From a virus (lineage: Duplodnaviria > Caudoviricetes): a DNA stretch of 64,000 nucleotides. Below the pieces are notes generated by a model. The model was not told where the DNA came from and made no database searches. It was given only the letters and a program-made list of their open reading frames with translations. Positions 1 through 11,158 of the stretch are shown here, in pieces. The position numbers and the translations under genes were made by a program. Location of the stretch: the IMG/VR virus record IMGVR_UViG_3300021426_000067; one strand, written 5' to 3'. Within the stretch, counting starts at the first letter, position 1, and the number at the start of each line of letters is the position of its first letter.

Positions 1-1520
1 TTTACATAGGCTCTATCAACATCTTGCCCCCAATAGTCATTCATTTTAGCAATCTATAATATTTTTTGATTATTATTTTCTCTTTCACTAAAATTATAAT
101 CTATTCTATAAATAGGGTCAACAGAGACTCCTTCCAGAAGTTTATCTACGCGGCAAAGAAAATTATTTACTTCACTACCTTTTATACTCACTCCCGCCGC
201 ATTGTTATGTCCCTGCACATAAACAACTTCAGGGCATTGTTCAAGCACTTCTTTAAAACTGTCAATCCCTGTTTTAGTGTATCCCCGCATAGAACCTTCA
301 TATGTTTCCTATCCATTTCTATTGGTTCTGGTTAATAAACAACAAGGTCTTTGATATTTTGCCATAAACTTATTTGCAATTAAACCGCGGATTTCAGGCT
401 CAATTTGACCTGGTTCTAATAGGAATAAAAGAATTTTATGGTCAAGCATATTATTAGTTTTTATCATTTTTTCTAATGCAGTCAAACCTGCTTCTTCTGC
501 TCTTGTCTGTCTATTTTTAACATTTGTAACTGTTCTAATTGCTTGTAGAATTAATGGTTCTAACTCTCCTAATTTATGTCCACGCTTGTTTGAAATAACT
601 TTCTCAAAAGCCTTATGATTTAACATCGAATTAAATAATAGATTTTTCTATTCTATTGTTCCACTTCTGGTGATAGCATTTACAAAAGGAACAATAAAAA
701 ATGCGGCGCCCATTGAAGTGCAAGCCATTTCAGCATCAGCTGAGACATAATCTGCTTTTGATAATGGGAATCCATTTTTTTCAATCATATAATCAATAAA
801 AGGATTTTTAATATTTTCTTTTTTAAAACCTTTTGTAATAAGATAACGAGTTTCAAAAGAGCGTAATGACATCATATCTCCGCAATTACCAAGAGCAACA
901 AGGTCTAAGAAATCATTAGCATAATTTTCAGTTAAAAATGAATCTATATAACGGCAAAATTGCCAGACAACTCCAACTCCAGATAATTCTTTATTAGGAT
1001 AATTTGATAATTGATTATTAATAGTTACCGCATAATCGCTTGGATAAGGAGCTAAGTGATGATCTAAAACTAAAACGCCTATGCCTTTAGAATATAATTC
1101 AGTATGATATCTATAATCATTACTACTTGAATCGGGACAAATAACTAAAGAATAATAATTTGAAATTTTATCCATACAATCAGATAATCCATGTTGTTTA
1201 CCAGAGTGCATTATCCATTTCAAGTGTTGAGTAACCCAAGTAGGAAATATTTTATATAAATAATTAATTAATAGGGCGGCAGATGTATAACCATCACAGT
1301 CGCAATCAACTATTACTAAAGCATTTTTATTTTTTAAAATAGTATCTAATAATAATTTTAATCCTTGTTTTAAATTCTATTCTCCTAAAAATAATGGAGA
1401 ATAAATATCATTATCTGATAAGTTTGTATAATGAGCAATATCTGTAATTCCTCTATTAAATAAGATTTGCTATGTTGCAGAAAACTGCTCATTAGGTTCA
1501 TTTATTAATTTATATTTCAC
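1..1520 (-). CDS. recJ: RecJ-like ssDNA exonuclease (DHH family), 3' end beyond the window; TAG read-through
   Basis: GTG at 1520 after AAGGAG; track ORFs 648-1223, 309-626 and 54-290 share one frame and are separated only by TAG; motifs DCDCDGYTSAA, VLDHH, ELSGVGV, GSMRG, GHNNAAG. Confidence 0.9.
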
Positions 1521-1586
1521 GTTTTATTTCTCCTTTAGTAAAAATTTTTCTATTATATTATAACAAAAAAAGAAAGAGTTGTCAAG

Positions 1587-2375
1587 TCAACTCTTTCTAA
1601 TACATTCGTTAAAGGCTTTAAAATTATCAGAATTTAATTTTCCAGGAACAGCATATATAATATTTTTAATTTTACTTTCTTTAAAAATGAAATCAAATAA
1701 TCTTGCAATAACTTTTGGGTGTTGTCCAAATACACCGCATCCCCAAGCTCCAAGAATAAGAATATCAACATTATTAAGTTCTGCAATATTTTTAATAAAT
1801 TGCATGCGCTGAGCTAATACAAGAGTATTTTCAACTTGAGTAACTCCTCGCTCACTTGCAGCAGTCCAATTAGGAGATGCACAAGTGATTACATCTGCTT
1901 TTACTATTTTTTCTCCTTTATTAAAAATAATATCTGGAGAATATAAAGCCCTATCAGTATAAAGATTTCTATTTGCTTTAGAATTATTTTCTTTATAATA
2001 CGGTGCAAAATTTTTTAAAACATTATAAAGATTAGATTCATGACATAAACATTCTTCTTGAGCATTACTACCTTCAATAAATTTTCCACCAGGATTTCTA
2101 TATGAAGCAAAATTAAGAACTGCAATTTTTGCATCTTTTACAGCCTTTCGAATGAAAAAAATAGCTTCTACAGTATTCATATCAAGTAATAGTGAATAAG
2201 GAGATGGATTTAATCCATTTGTAGTCCAATCCCATTTATCTATTGGGCCAGTATAAATAGTTGTATTAGCGACAGTTGTCATAGTTTCTTTAGCAAAATG
2301 TTTGTTCATATATTCAATTTGTTTTTGTGCTTTTATTTTATTATCTTCTTTATATTTCCATGGACTTACTTTCAT
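1587..2375 (-). CDS. Bacterial-type PARG / macrodomain protein (TIGR02452-like ADP-ribose glycohydrolase)
   Basis: VLNFAS..NPGGKF..GSNAQEECLC, LYSPD, DVITCASPN and ILGAWGCGVFG motifs. Confidence 0.85.
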   Translation of the reverse strand: MKVSPWKYKEDNKIKAQKQIEYMNKHFAKETMTTVANTTIYTGPIDKWDWTTNGLNPSPYSLLLDMNTVEAIFFIRKAVKDAKIAVLNFASYRNPGGKFIEGSNAQEECLCHESNLYNVLKNFAPYYKENNSKANRNLYTDRALYSPDIIFNKGEKIVKADVITCASPNWTAASERGVTQVENTLVLAQRMQFIKNIAELNNVDILILGAWGCGVFGQHPKVIARLFDFIFKESKIKNIIYAVPGKLNSDNFKAFNECIRKS

Positions 2376-3466
2376 TCTATTATAATTCTCCTTTTAAATA
2401 ATTCTAAAAATTTACTTTTACCACAATCTATTGGTGAATCTTTATAACCAATTAAATTATCTTTATCAAACATATAACTAACATTTACATAACTACCATA
2501 TTTATTATATAAAGTTTTTAATTTAGTTACCCATTTCTCCCATTCTTTATCCCCAATTTCTTGAAACTGTTTATCAAAAGCAATAATAATTTCTTTTACC
2601 CCAAGAGATAAAAGTAATTTTACTTGATAATTAATTAAATTACTGCCGCAACATGCAACACTTATATCAGAGTCTTTACCAAAAAAAGTTGCATATTTAA
2701 GACAACTCTTCTCTCCTTCAAATACAATAGCTTTTTTAAATGCGGCGATAGCTTGTTTACTATAATTTAAATTATATAAATTAAATCCAAGCGGGTGATT
2801 ATACATTTTTCCATTAATTTTTGCTGGTCTATATTTTCCATATATTTCATTTTCTTTAATTAATGTTCGTTCTCTTATCCCCACAAGGTTTCCATTTATA
2901 TCATAATGAGGAATAACGACTCCTTCAGAAATAGGATCATAACAAATTCCTCTTGATTCCATTATATTAAAATCAATACCTTCTTCATACCAAGGATAGA
3001 CAAGCGGATGCGGTAAATATTTTAAAATTTTATCATCATAAATTTTTAATTCTACAATTTGTGACTGAGTAATTTCTTTATTTCTTTTGAAATTATTAAT
3101 AATTTTCCAATCTTCAGTGGTTTCTTGATTATCTTCAAAATCAAAAGTTTCTGGTGTATAACCAAAATATTTTGCAACAAAGGCAATAGCGCGTGGAAGA
3201 GAAAAATTTTCAACTCCCGCAGTATTATTAACTCTTAAAACTAAATCATATATATCAAATGATGCGTCTCCGCATCCTGTATAACAATGAAATAAATGTG
3301 TATTAGAATAATAATAAAGTTTATGGCTATCTCCGCCATGACAGATAGTGCGGGCGGTGAACAATCCATTTCCCATAATAGGTTCACCGCCTAATTCGCT
3401 AACTAAGTCAAATACTTCTTCTATTGTTAAATTTTCTTTTAAAGTATCTTTATCGTATTTATACAT
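2372..3466 (-). CDS. Phage DNA primase (Zn finger + TOPRIM)
   Basis: TICHGG..FHCYTGC Zn module; IVFEGEKS and IIIAFD TOPRIM motifs; close to the helicase. Confidence 0.85.
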   Translation of the reverse strand: MYKYDKDTLKENLTIEEVFDLVSELGGEPIMGNGLFTARTICHGGDSHKLYYYSNTHLFHCYTGCGDASFDIYDLVLRVNNTAGVENFSLPRAIAFVAKYFGYTPETFDFEDNQETTEDWKIINNFKRNKEITQSQIVELKIYDDKILKYLPHPLVYPWYEEGIDFNIMESRGICYDPISEGVVIPHYDINGNLVGIRERTLIKENEIYGKYRPAKINGKMYNHPLGFNLYNLNYSKQAIAAFKKAIVFEGEKSCLKYATFFGKDSDISVACCGSNLINYQVKLLLSLGVKEIIIAFDKQFQEIGDKEWEKWVTKLKTLYNKYGSYVNVSYMFDKDNLIGYKDSPIDCGKSKFLELFKRRIIIE

Positions 3467-3638
3467 CTTTTTTTTCTTTTATCTCTTTTAAAGGACAATG
3501 TGGCATACGTTTATCAAATATATTAAATTTATATCCCATAGATTTATCAGTTATATAACAAGTAGGATAGTCCCAACGATCGTCATACATAGGGCAATCA
3601 TTACAACTTTTAGGCATTTCTATTTCTATTGTAACCAT
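3459..3638 (-). CDS. Small Cys-rich hypothetical protein (59 aa)
   Basis: MVTIEIEMPKSCNDCPM...CPLKEI; overlaps the primase start; read manually. Confidence 0.65.
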   Translation of the reverse strand: MVTIEIEMPKSCNDCPMYDDRWDYPTCYITDKSMGYKFNIFDKRMPHCPLKEIKEKKDV

Positions 3639-3642
3639 ACTT

Positions 3643-3789
3643 TTTATCTCTATATTCTTTTCTAAACATTTTTAATCTTTCACAACTATTACATTTATTA
3701 TGATTATATTTACAATCCCAACAGTTATCATTATCCCACCAAAACCATCTTGGCGGTTGAGGTCTTGGTTTTCTATATTTTCTTTTCAT
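3643..3789 (-). CDS. Small Cys/Trp-rich hypothetical protein (about 48 aa)
   Basis: MKRKYRKPRPQPPRWFWWDNDNCWDC...; ATG abuts the helicase stop; ends TAG-AGA-TAA. Confidence 0.55.
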
Positions 3790-5331
3790 TTAAAATGCAC
3801 TTTCCTCTATTGGCATAACATTAATTTTTAAATCTTCAATACTAATCAATTCATAATTATAATTAGTAGCAAAGATAGGATTAATTCTACAAATTCCTCT
3901 ATCAGCTCTACACCAAAGTAATATATCTTTATAGCGGCCGCGCCTATTTTTATATACAGAAATCTTTATACTTGGCATTTCAATACCCATCGTATCTATA
4001 ATATTTTTTAAAGATTCTCTATCATCTTGACTAACTTGTAACATAATCATACCACAGTCAATTTTATCCGCAATAGCTTTAGCACCTCTCAAAAGATTTT
4101 GATCGTATTGCTGTGCTGAAACATAATCAGCATTTAACTGAGTAGCGGACATAATAAAAACGCCATATTGATTACAAAGATCTTTTAATCTGACGCTAAT
4201 CATAAAAAGAATATTATCTTCTCTAAGTCCTTTGACACCCGCTTTTGAACTAATTTCACTAAGAATCTTCATACTGGAATGAATATAATCCATAAAGACA
4301 TATCTAATACCATATTGTCGAATACCAAATTTTATAGTATTTTCAATATCTTGTAATGAAAAATCTGGTAACTTTTTAATATATAAAGGACTTTTTAAAA
4401 GAATTGCGGCGGCCTCATTAACACGCTCCCATTCATCGCCGGTATAAGTGTTTTCTAAGATATGATCTTCATTAACCCCAGAAAGAAAAGAAATCATCAT
4501 TGTTTGAATTTCATCTTCTTCTTGTTCTGTTGTTATAAATTGAGTAGGTTCACAAGTTCCATTGTCTTCCCATTTTCTTGTTTCAAGATTATAAATTTTA
4601 TCACAAGCTATAAAACAAGCATCCGCAATCATAGAACGAGTCTTTCCTACACCCGTAGCCGCAGATCGCAAATAAAACTTTTTTAATCTGGCTCCTCTAT
4701 GAACTGCATTAATCAATTTTCCATATAAAGGATAACCAACTTCTGGATTATCTTTTAATCTTTGTAAAAGAGCTGCCGCGCCTTCTCCCGCCTGAATAAC
4801 TCCATCTTCTGAGTTATCGACATATTTTGCTTTAATTTTTTCTATTCTATCGTTAATAACATTAGCTATATCTCCAATAGAAGTATTATCAAACCATGTT
4901 TCTTGCGCTTCTTTCTTTTTTACATCTAATATATTGTCTGGGTCATAAAGCCAAGATAAATCCATTCCTACAGATTTATTATACATTCTTAATAATGTCA
5001 TTTTTTTCATTCGATTATAATAATAATCAAAAGCCGCAAGTTGACACATTTCTTTAAGATTAGCTAAATATTCTGACCCTTTATTTATTTTATATACAGC
5101 ATATTTTTTTGGTCTTTGCTCTAAATATTTCTCTATATCATCTATTGTTATTTGTTTTGCTCCTAATTGATGCAGATTATAAATAGACCCAAATAAAATT
5201 TTATGAAACTCTTGCGGAAAGTCTTGTTCATTAAATTTATATTTATCTTCTAAATCTAATAAAGATGGATTAATAAATACATCACCTATTACCTGCATAT
5301 TTGCTGAAGTATCAACATATTTTGAACCCAT
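3790..5331 (-). CDS. dnaB: Replicative DnaB-like helicase
   Basis: Walker A SAATGVGKT, VFMDYIH, SATQLN, LRGAKAIADKID, KNRRG. Confidence 0.9.
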   Translation of the reverse strand: MGSKYVDTSANMQVIGDVFINPSLLDLEDKYKFNEQDFPQEFHKILFGSIYNLHQLGAKQITIDDIEKYLEQRPKKYAVYKINKGSEYLANLKEMCQLAAFDYYYNRMKKMTLLRMYNKSVGMDLSWLYDPDNILDVKKKEAQETWFDNTSIGDIANVINDRIEKIKAKYVDNSEDGVIQAGEGAAALLQRLKDNPEVGYPLYGKLINAVHRGARLKKFYLRSAATGVGKTRSMIADACFIACDKIYNLETRKWEDNGTCEPTQFITTEQEEDEIQTMMISFLSGVNEDHILENTYTGDEWERVNEAAAILLKSPLYIKKLPDFSLQDIENTIKFGIRQYGIRYVFMDYIHSSMKILSEISSKAGVKGLREDNILFMISVRLKDLCNQYGVFIMSATQLNADYVSAQQYDQNLLRGAKAIADKIDCGMIMLQVSQDDRESLKNIIDTMGIEMPSIKISVYKNRRGRYKDILLWCRADRGICRINPIFATNYNYELISIEDLKINVMPIEESAF

Positions 5332-5843
5332 TATTCGTCCTCTCCTTCAAACCACATTCGCGGCGGCCGCACATCTACTCGTGGAGATTTTATATTTATA
5401 ACTCTTTCTTTTGGCAAAATAAAAATTGGAATATTCTTTTGCTGATTTACTAATTGTGCTTGATAAAGCATATAATAATAGCGTTTAGCTTGTTGATAGA
5501 TATAAGGAATAATTCCTATACTACCGTTACTTTTTTCTGTTGAATGTCCTTCTTTTTCATAATACCATTTTAGACTACTTAACATACCATGATAAGTATA
5601 ATGATTTTCTTTTATATATCTTTCTGCTAATTTTTTAGTTAAAGTATAATTATAATCTTCTCCAAATAATTGTTTAGTATACTCATAAAAAGCTATCATG
5701 TCTTTTTCTTCTTGAGACATATTAGCAATATGTTCTTCCCAACATTTTAGATGTGCGTACCTACGAGCAGAAACTTGTTTTGTAGGTTCTTTATCTCTAT
5801 CAAATTGTTGTCTACAATAAAAACAAATTACTTTATGAGCCAT
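5331..5843 (-). CDS. Hypothetical protein with N-terminal CxxC/HxxC (possible helicase loader)
   Basis: Intact 170-aa ORF translationally coupled to the helicase. Confidence 0.7.
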   Translation of the reverse strand: MAHKVICFYCRQQFDRDKEPTKQVSARRYAHLKCWEEHIANMSQEEKDMIAFYEYTKQLFGEDYNYTLTKKLAERYIKENHYTYHGMLSSLKWYYEKEGHSTEKSNGSIGIIPYIYQQAKRYYYMLYQAQLVNQQKNIPIFILPKERVINIKSPRVDVRPPRMWFEGEDE

Positions 5844-5932
5844 AAAAATCTCCTAATTTTTTCTATATATTATATTATAATAAAAAAAATAAGACTTGTC
5901 AAATTACTTTGGCAAGTCTTATCATATATATA

Positions 5933-6982
5933 TTATTCTGACGGCGTTTCCTTGGAAAGCTGGATTAGGTCATCGCAAATCAGAGACAGGGCCTCTACTT
6001 GTTCACGAGAACATTGATTTATCTTTTGACCGCGTCCTAAGTATCGCTCAATAATCTGAGTAATTCGGGGTTGGTAGTATTTATCAAAAACGCCTGACTC
6101 AGAATAATTATCTAACATTGATTTGATTAAACTATTGCATTTACCTATAATGTCATCAAAATTCAATTCTTTTGTTGTATCTTGATAAAGATTACTTTTT
6201 TCATTAGTAAAATACTGTTCGCCATCTTCTTCCGCTTGTTTATCAATAGCTTCACTAATGGCATCTACTAAATTATTATAAGAAAAATCAATATATGGAG
6301 GAGTGTATTTAAAACGACTACCAGCTTCATATCTTGGAGTTCCTCTCATAAATAACTTAGTGGAACTTTTACCTTCTTTATCAGTAACAATTCTTGAATA
6401 ACCGATTATATCAGACATTCTTGCAACGATGTTATTGGCTCTTTTGTCAAGAGTTGGGACAATTTTATTATATTCATTTCCATTCTAATCTTTAAAAACT
6501 TTATCAGTAGCATGAGAAATAAGAATAAGTCCATAATCCATCATTACAATAGAACGCAAACATTCATCAAATTCTTTTGATACCATGCTGTATCCCTTAC
6601 CAAAAGGAATATCACTAATACTGTCTACTCCAAATCCACCACCTTGTTCTTGTGTTCTTGGAGCGTTATCACAAATATATTTTGTACAATAATCATAAGC
6701 TATATCACAGGTATCAATAGTAATTGTATAATATTTCTATTTAGCTCTTGGGTCTTTTAATTGGCGTAGAACTTTTCTAAAGTCCGCCCAGTTATTAATA
6801 GGCTGTGCCATAATTCCTGGAATTGCATTATATCCTTTTTCAAAAGCTAAGAGTAAATTTTTCTAAAACTTTGATGCAGTTGTTGTCTTGCCGCTCTTTG
6901 GTTCTCCATAAAAGAATATAGAATATCCACGAAGATTTCTACTTACCTGATGCGGCTAAATATTAAAAATATCAATTGCCAT
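5933..6982 (-). CDS. Sak4-like AAA ATPase (ssDNA-annealing recombinase); TAG read-through
   Basis: ATG at 6982 in frame with track ORF 5933-6418; YGEPKSGKTT Walker A, LLAFEKGY, ITIDT, LISH; 4 in-frame TAG. Confidence 0.85.
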
Positions 6983-7002
6983 ACATTATCCTTTCTATGT
7001 GG

Positions 7003-7025
7003 TTAGAGGGGTATAACCCCTCTAA
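7003..7025. terminator. Intrinsic terminator-like hairpin
   Basis: TTAGAGGGG-tataa-CCCCTCTAA directly after the 7026-8015 gene. Confidence 0.5.
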
Positions 7026-8015
7026 TTACCAATTACTCATATCAAAATTAAAGTCACCAGAAGCAACTGGAACACTCTCGGTTGGAAGACTACTTGTAGT
7101 TGTAGCATTTTTCTGATTTTCTTTGAATCTGCTTTCAACTTCTGCAAGTTTAATCTGACGATTCTGATTCATTTTGTTGACATCTTCGGCTGTAAGAACA
7201 TCATCATTTCCAAAATCATAAGGAATTTTTGCAGTTCCAGTAATAACATATTCACGACTTTTTTGCTCAGAAGAAGTAACCATAGCTTCTCCCCATGCAG
7301 ACTCTTCAACTCTTTCAGTTTTCACAGTCATGCAATTAATACGTCCCCATACTTTTGTAAAAACAGGGTCTTTCTGAGTTACTTCAAGATCTTCAAAATA
7401 ATTCATTCCACCAGGATTGCGAACTACAAAAGTTGCAGGAATAAGTGTAGGAATTTCTGCTCCATATCCAAAAATGCAACCACTAACTCTGGTAAAATCA
7501 TCTTTAATACCTCTTTCCTCATTAGCATCTACATGAGTAACTTTTGCAATAAGCATATCTGTCATAAAGGTGTTTCTATCTGACTCTGGACCAAGGTCAT
7601 TTATAATACTACAGAAGCCATTTTCATTTCTAAGTGCGGCAACTTTTGTTTCATCAGAAGCAATAAAATCATTTACCGCGATAGCAACACCAGTACACTG
7701 AACTTTAATAGCATTTTCTTTACCACCTGTCAGCCATGTTCTATCAGGACTATCAATAATTTTCTTTAAAGTAGCATATGTACTGTTAGGAGTCCCTTTC
7801 TTTGTCTGAGGTGTGACATAGGAATAATGTACAGTAATTACATTTAAACCATTCTCATCTACGGCAATATCAAGATCGCCTGCAATATATTCAGCACCAG
7901 GGTTTTTTGCTTTCTCCCCAGCGGTTCTTGTTGAAAGTTGATTAAAACCACTACCTGTACTATATACGTAACCTTCAATTTTTTCTCTGTTAATAAAATT
8001 TGCCTTATTTTTCAT
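7026..8015 (-). CDS. Probable ssDNA-binding protein
   Basis: Next to the Sak4-like gene; beta-rich, with an acidic/aromatic C-terminal tail; function inferred from context. Confidence 0.5.
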   Translation of the reverse strand: MKNKANFINREKIEGYVYSTGSGFNQLSTRTAGEKAKNPGAEYIAGDLDIAVDENGLNVITVHYSYVTPQTKKGTPNSTYATLKKIIDSPDRTWLTGGKENAIKVQCTGVAIAVNDFIASDETKVAALRNENGFCSIINDLGPESDRNTFMTDMLIAKVTHVDANEERGIKDDFTRVSGCIFGYGAEIPTLIPATFVVRNPGGMNYFEDLEVTQKDPVFTKVWGRINCMTVKTERVEESAWGEAMVTSSEQKSREYVITGTAKIPYDFGNDDVLTAEDVNKMNQNRQIKLAEVESRFKENQKNATTTSSLPTESVPVASGDFNFDMSNW

Positions 8016-8070
8016 ATTTACTTACCTTTCTTTATCAACTTTTTACTCTTATATTATAATAAAAATTTTT

Positions 8071-8445
8071 TTAGTTGTCAATGTGATACAGTCTTCCAGT
8101 CTCTGTAAGAGAATATTGAACAGGGTTTTTCCCAATTTTTTCTACATATCCATCATTAACTAATTTCTTCATAGAACCTGAAATAGAACGACCAGATGTA
8201 AAAAGCCCTTCTCCTATTTCTTTTGCTGTGAAAACATTAGACATTTCCTCTATATGTTCCTGCATCCACGTGAGAACTTTTAAACCATTTTCAGTCATAT
8301 CTTTTGGAGGCGCAAGACATTTCTTATAATCTTCCCAAAAGGAACATATATCGCCCCAATCCGCTTCCCAGTTTTCAGAATAAATGTCAGGATTATCAAA
8401 AATTTCTGTTTGAATACAATTAATAAATTTTTCTTTTTTAGTCAT
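8071..8445 (-). CDS. Winged-helix DNA-binding protein
   Basis: FTAKEIGEGLFTSGRSISGSMKKLVNDGYVEK..P..YSLT. Confidence 0.7.
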   Translation of the reverse strand: MTKKEKFINCIQTEIFDNPDIYSENWEADWGDICSFWEDYKKCLAPPKDMTENGLKVLTWMQEHIEEMSNVFTAKEIGEGLFTSGRSISGSMKKLVNDGYVEKIGKNPVQYSLTETGRLYHIDN

Positions 8446-8525
8446 ATAATTCTTTCCTTTTCAATTCTTAATTTTTATAATTTTATTATAATATAATATT
8501 TTTTATTTTTCAAATTAGAAAAGAA

Positions 8526-9392
8526 TTATTCTTCATCATAAAAAATTAACTCATTAGCATAAGGCAAAGACTTTGCCCATTTTATAAAATTATCTTTAGA
8601 AGAATCATCTTTACCGCTCCATTCATTAAGTTTATGATTCATTCTTTGATGACAAATTGTACGAATTACTTCATAATTAGCCGTCCATGTTCTGGTTTGA
8701 AGCCAGCTCTCGGGTAGCCACCGCACAAGTTCTTTCCAATATCTTTTATCTTTTGTTTCAAGATATTTTTGACGAAGAAATTCAAGTTGTTCAATCATAA
8801 AATCAGATAACATCCCAATATCATTACCTGCAAGTTTGCCTGCATATGTTGGGATACTGTAATATATTAAATCAGAATTCATATCATCTGTTTCAAAACA
8901 ATCAAGAGTAATAGGGTTACTTGTTAATTTGTGCATAGTAGAAGTGCTGTTAGCAACTGTTCCTACTTTATATGTATCCATCTATTTCCACCAATATAAA
9001 GGTGCAGTAATATCAACAGATACAAAGATTTGACGTAAGAATTTACGATGTTCTGGTCCACCTTTAATAAGAGTCTGAGCAAGTTTTAAATCATTAGGTC
9101 CAATAAAAGCATTATCTCTATACTGATAATCTTTAGATTCTTTTAAAACTCCTTCTGCAATTAACCAATCGCAATATTTATTTTCTAAATCAAAAAATTC
9201 TTTAGTATCTTCCTATCCATTCCATTCGGGATGATTTTGATAAACCCAAGCATTAGCTACATCAAGAACCCCTTCATCATAATCATCCGTAATATTAAAA
9301 TAACTATCACTTTTATTCCAACTATTTTTAGGGTTTCTCATTCCTCTAATGGCGTGTTCAAAACCCCAGACCTATGTATTTTCAAATTTCAT
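8526..9392 (-). CDS. ThyX-like (flavin-dependent thymidylate synthase-like) phage protein; TAG read-through
   Basis: MKFENT*VWGFEHAIRGMRNP, EHRKFLRQI, APLYWWK*MDTYKVGT, STMHK, HKLNEW in one frame. Confidence 0.75.
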
Positions 9393-9395
9393 ATT

Positions 9396-9656
9396 TTAAT
9401 CTCCTAAATTTGTTTTTATCGTAATAGAATTATTAGATATATCACTGCCATTAATAGTATATGGATTATTTGAATCTGCTTTAATGGTAGTGGTAGTAAG
9501 TGGAGTGGTAATAACTGAAGGGGAAGAACAAGTCCACCAATGCGAATAATTTCCGCGGTTATATCCTTCCCAATAACTTTCATTTAAAAGCTACTCTAAT
9601 TCTTTTTTTGTTAATTCTATTTTTCCATTTTTATTTAATGTAAATACTTTAATCAT
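9396..9656 (-). CDS. Hypothetical protein (86 aa); TAG read-through
   Basis: MIKVFTLNKNGKIELTKKELE*LLNESYWEGY; coupled to the upstream TGA. Confidence 0.7.
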
Positions 9657-10579
9657 AATGTGTTATTTCCTTTCGTTGAATTATAGCCAAATTTATTACT
9701 TTGATACATGTCTATCCAGAATTTTTCTTTTTCATTTAATAAATTTCTCTAATGGATTTGTTCTAATAATTCAAAAGAAAAGTTCCAAACACCATATTTT
9801 TGCATAGCATTATAAAGTTTATTTGTTGCGGATGCGTCAATTCCTAAACCACATTTACAATGTTGTTTCCAGCGGTCAGCAACGTTCACGCTTTGACCTA
9901 TATAAGCCTATTCTGTTAATAAATTTGTAATTTTATAAATACCACAAACAGATTCTTTTCCTAAAACTCTATCACATAATTCATTCATTTGCTTTTGAAA
10001 ATATTGTGTCCAGATTAATTTACTTAAAATAACTGGTTTATGTAAAGTTGATTTTAAATTTTCTAAAACTTTAACATCTGACAAATCAGTTTCATTAATA
10101 AATAATTTATAAAAATTTATTTTTTCTTTTTTTTCTTGCTCGCGGAGACGAGCTTCAACACCCGCGCTTAAAGAAGATCTTATTTTATCTATTTCCGCCT
10201 GTATTTCCATTTTCTATTTTTTTGCTGATTCTCTAATATTATTTAAATCAGTATGAATCTGAGTTATTTCAGCATATGCCGCATTATTAGCTTGTTGTAT
10301 TTTAATATCAAAAATTTCTTTTCTTGCGGCTAAATCTTCATCAATTCTATTTTTCTATTTTTCAAATTGCTATTCAATAGATTTAATTTGTTCTTGTTTA
10401 GATGTAATTGTTGCTGATAAGTTTAAATTTTGGTTAGCTAATTGATTTGTCTATTCAGCTAATTTCTAATTATATTGCTATTGCTATTCATTTTTTTGTA
10501 GTATTGTTCGTTGTCCTTTAAAAAAAAGGAAACAACCAATAATAAATAAAATAACACTAAGAAAATTTACTACTATCAT
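9653..10579 (-). CDS. Membrane-anchored coiled-coil protein with C-terminal GIY-YIG nuclease; TAG read-through
   Basis: N-terminal hydrophobic helix, coiled coil, CGIYKITN...AYIGQS..RWKQH, FGYN; 9 in-frame TAG. Confidence 0.8.
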
Positions 10580-10600
10580 ATTTTCTCCATATAAAAACAA

Positions 10601-10624
10601 GGGTTAGAAATAAAATTCTAACCC
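10601..10624. terminator. Intrinsic terminator-like hairpin
   Basis: GGGTTAGAA-ataaaa-TTCTAACCC with a T-rich tail on the minus strand. Confidence 0.5.
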
Positions 10625-10651
10625 TTATCAAGTCTTAACAATGAAAGGAAA

Positions 10652-10936
10652 TTAGTCCTCAGCTTCTGGATCAAATTCACGACCTTCATCAGTTAACTGG
10701 ATGAATTTAACAGGTTTATGAAGTCCAGTTTCAGGGTCAACGATTTCTGCGGGGACACGAACCATTAGAGGAATCTCTTCTTTAGCCGCATTTTTATGAC
10801 GCTGAAAAGCTGAAGTAATAATTCCATTTACAGAACGAACTTTCATACCAAGAGCATCTGCAATATCCTGTGCTGTAAAATCTTCTCCATCATGTTCTTT
10901 TACAAAACTTAATACTTTCTTACTATTATCATTCAT
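10652..10936 (-). CDS. Small winged-helix/HTH DNA-binding protein
   Basis: FTAQDIADALGMKVRSVNGII...LTDEG. Confidence 0.7.
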   Translation of the reverse strand: MNDNSKKVLSFVKEHDGEDFTAQDIADALGMKVRSVNGIITSAFQRHKNAAKEEIPLMVRVPAEIVDPETGLHKPVKFIQLTDEGREFDPEAED

Positions 10937-11158
10937 AATTATTTACTCCTTTGTATAATTTTTATTATTTGTTTATATTTTCCTAAAGATGAATTTATAT
11001 TTATCATCTGTATTCTTATTATATGAAAAATTTTTCATAAAGTCAAGAAAAATTCCAGATAAATGAAATATATTTTTACATTTTTGTTTTATTGTTTGAA
11101 TAACAACTTTCTCTTAACTATTCATCTTATTTACAATTCTATTATATAAAAAATTTTT

